Positions 62,459-64,000 of a DNA stretch of 64,000 bases are shown here, one piece after another; the first letter of the stretch is position 1, and each line of letters opens with the position of its first letter. The stretch comes from Octopus vulgaris (taxonomy: Eukaryota), in contig OX597814.1 in assembly GCA_951406725.2 (NCBI GenBank), forward strand, positions 74,648,001 to 74,712,000. The letters are read 5' to 3'. Under the pieces are notes generated by a model. That model had not been told where the DNA came from and ran no database searches. It was given only the letters and a program-made list of their open reading frames with translations. A program made the position numbers and the translations under genes.

Positions 62459-62986
62459 ATGGCAAAGAGACAGAAACTGCAGCTTCTAACACTGTCCTGT
62501 CTTTTACTGTTTTTATCTTTATTTGTACTGTTTTTTAAAAATTTATTTGTGCTGCTTTTACGTCCTGTTCTTGTGACCTTTTTTTACCCCTCCGCAAATT
62601 TTTTTTATTTAATTCGCTTTGCGGGAAGGACTGTTTCAACGTAGTCGTGTTCTGCCCTTACCTTCGAAACACGCAATGAGTCGAAACAGGGGCAGCTGAA
62701 GAAGGGGAATGTTCCTTGTGTTGTTCGTCTTGTACTCTGTTTATTCGTTGTTAAAAAAGTCCGTTTCCTTGTTTTGTTTTTATGTTTTCGTTTCTCGTTG
62801 TGTTCTACGTTTTTGTGGTGTCCTGTACTCATATATGCATGTATATATACATATAGATATAGGTATGTACATATATGTATGTATGTATGTATGCATATGT
62901 TTTTATTTATTAAATTGTTATTATATGATCGAACGCCACGCGTCGTCTTCTTCCAAGTAAATTTTATTTATATATATATATACATA

Positions 62987-63386
62987 TATTTATATTAAGG
63001 GCATTGCTATCCATAAATGCCTCACGCTAGGAGGGACTCTTAAAGCCAAAACTACCATAATAAACGCATTGTACCGAACGCGAGAGAATGCGACTCTACG
63101 AAGCGAGCCTTTTAAAAACAGATTCAGCCGCAGATCATATGATTTCATAATTAGTACACATTTTTATGTCTTGATTATGTCTGCACTGACGATTAAAAAG
63201 TGCATTTTTGTGCGCTAATTATTAAATCATATGATCTGCGACTGAATCTGTTTTCAAAAGGCTAGCTTCGTAAAGTTGCATTCCTTCACGTTCAGTACAA
63301 TGTGTTTTTTTTTTATTGTAGTTTTGACTTTCAGAGTTCCTCCAAGCGTGAGGCGTTTATATATAGTAATGCCCTTAATATAAATA
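62987..63386. mobile_element. Foldback element with ~175-bp imperfect arms
   Basis: atttatattaagggcattgctat...cagattcagccgcagatcatatgattt mirrored by aaatcatatgatctgcgactgaatctg...gtaatgcccttaatataaat. Confidence 0.8.
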
Positions 63387-63647
63387 AATATGTTTAAAGG
63401 GAACAATTAATAATTTTTCCCTTTTGAGGTTTTTTCACGCTAACTACTTAATAAATTCTTATAAATATTTTATCCTATTGTATATATACGTACATATATA
63501 ATAATATATAATAATATAATAATAATGCAAACATTATCGATGACGCATACATCGTGTGTCTTCTTTCTATGCCCATTAGCCGCGAGATAGCGTCATGGTA
63601 AAAAGTCTCTTCACAACAGCGAGTTTTATAAAACTCTGCAAGTCTCA

Positions 63648-63718
<71 letters not shown>

Positions 63719-63734
63719 GTGTATATTTCTTTCT

Positions 63735-63771
<37 letters not shown>

Positions 63772-64000
63772 CACACACATACACACACACACACATATAT
63801 ATATTATTATATGTGTGTGTGTATTGTTATATTTGAGGATGGTCATCATTTTAGCTACTATAGTGTGTGTGATTAATTGCCAAAAAATAAAGAAAAGAAA
63901 AAGAGAAGAAGAATGACCATCCCCAAATATAACAATATCTGTTTCAACGCACGATACCACATCGAGAACCTTGCAAAACAGAATAAAATGGGAATATATA

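Overview
AT-rich, microsatellite-dense eukaryotic DNA. The SINE set, TTAGGG telomeric motif and repeat landscape resemble octopus/cephalopod genomes (inference). No host gene can be supported; almost every recognisable feature is a transposable element. The standout is a ~15-kb nested structure at 26258-42315. A putative non-autonomous Helitron contains a decayed LINE ORF1 fragment, and three insertions sit within a few tens of bp of each other in that fragment. (i) A 7.9-kb head-to-tail concatemer of four ORF1-only (HAL1-like) retroelements from three divergent types, bounded by a single 31-32 bp target-site duplication and containing a ~0.94-kb-arm palindrome. (ii) A fifth ORF1-only unit. 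(iii) A full-length Tx1/L1-clade LINE with an intact 1131-aa EN-RT ORF2 and its own 12-bp TSD. All units, and a tRNA-derived SINE at 9.4-9.6 kb, share the same 3' tail (…GCCCCTT(A)GTGGGTAATAA), suggesting one RT serving several satellite families. Elsewhere: decayed Tx1, R4/Dong, mariner/Tc1, pogo, Sola2-like (split by an apparent inversion) and Helitron elements, a foldback element carrying telomeric repeats, and palindromic elements with minimal hammerhead-ribozyme motifs.
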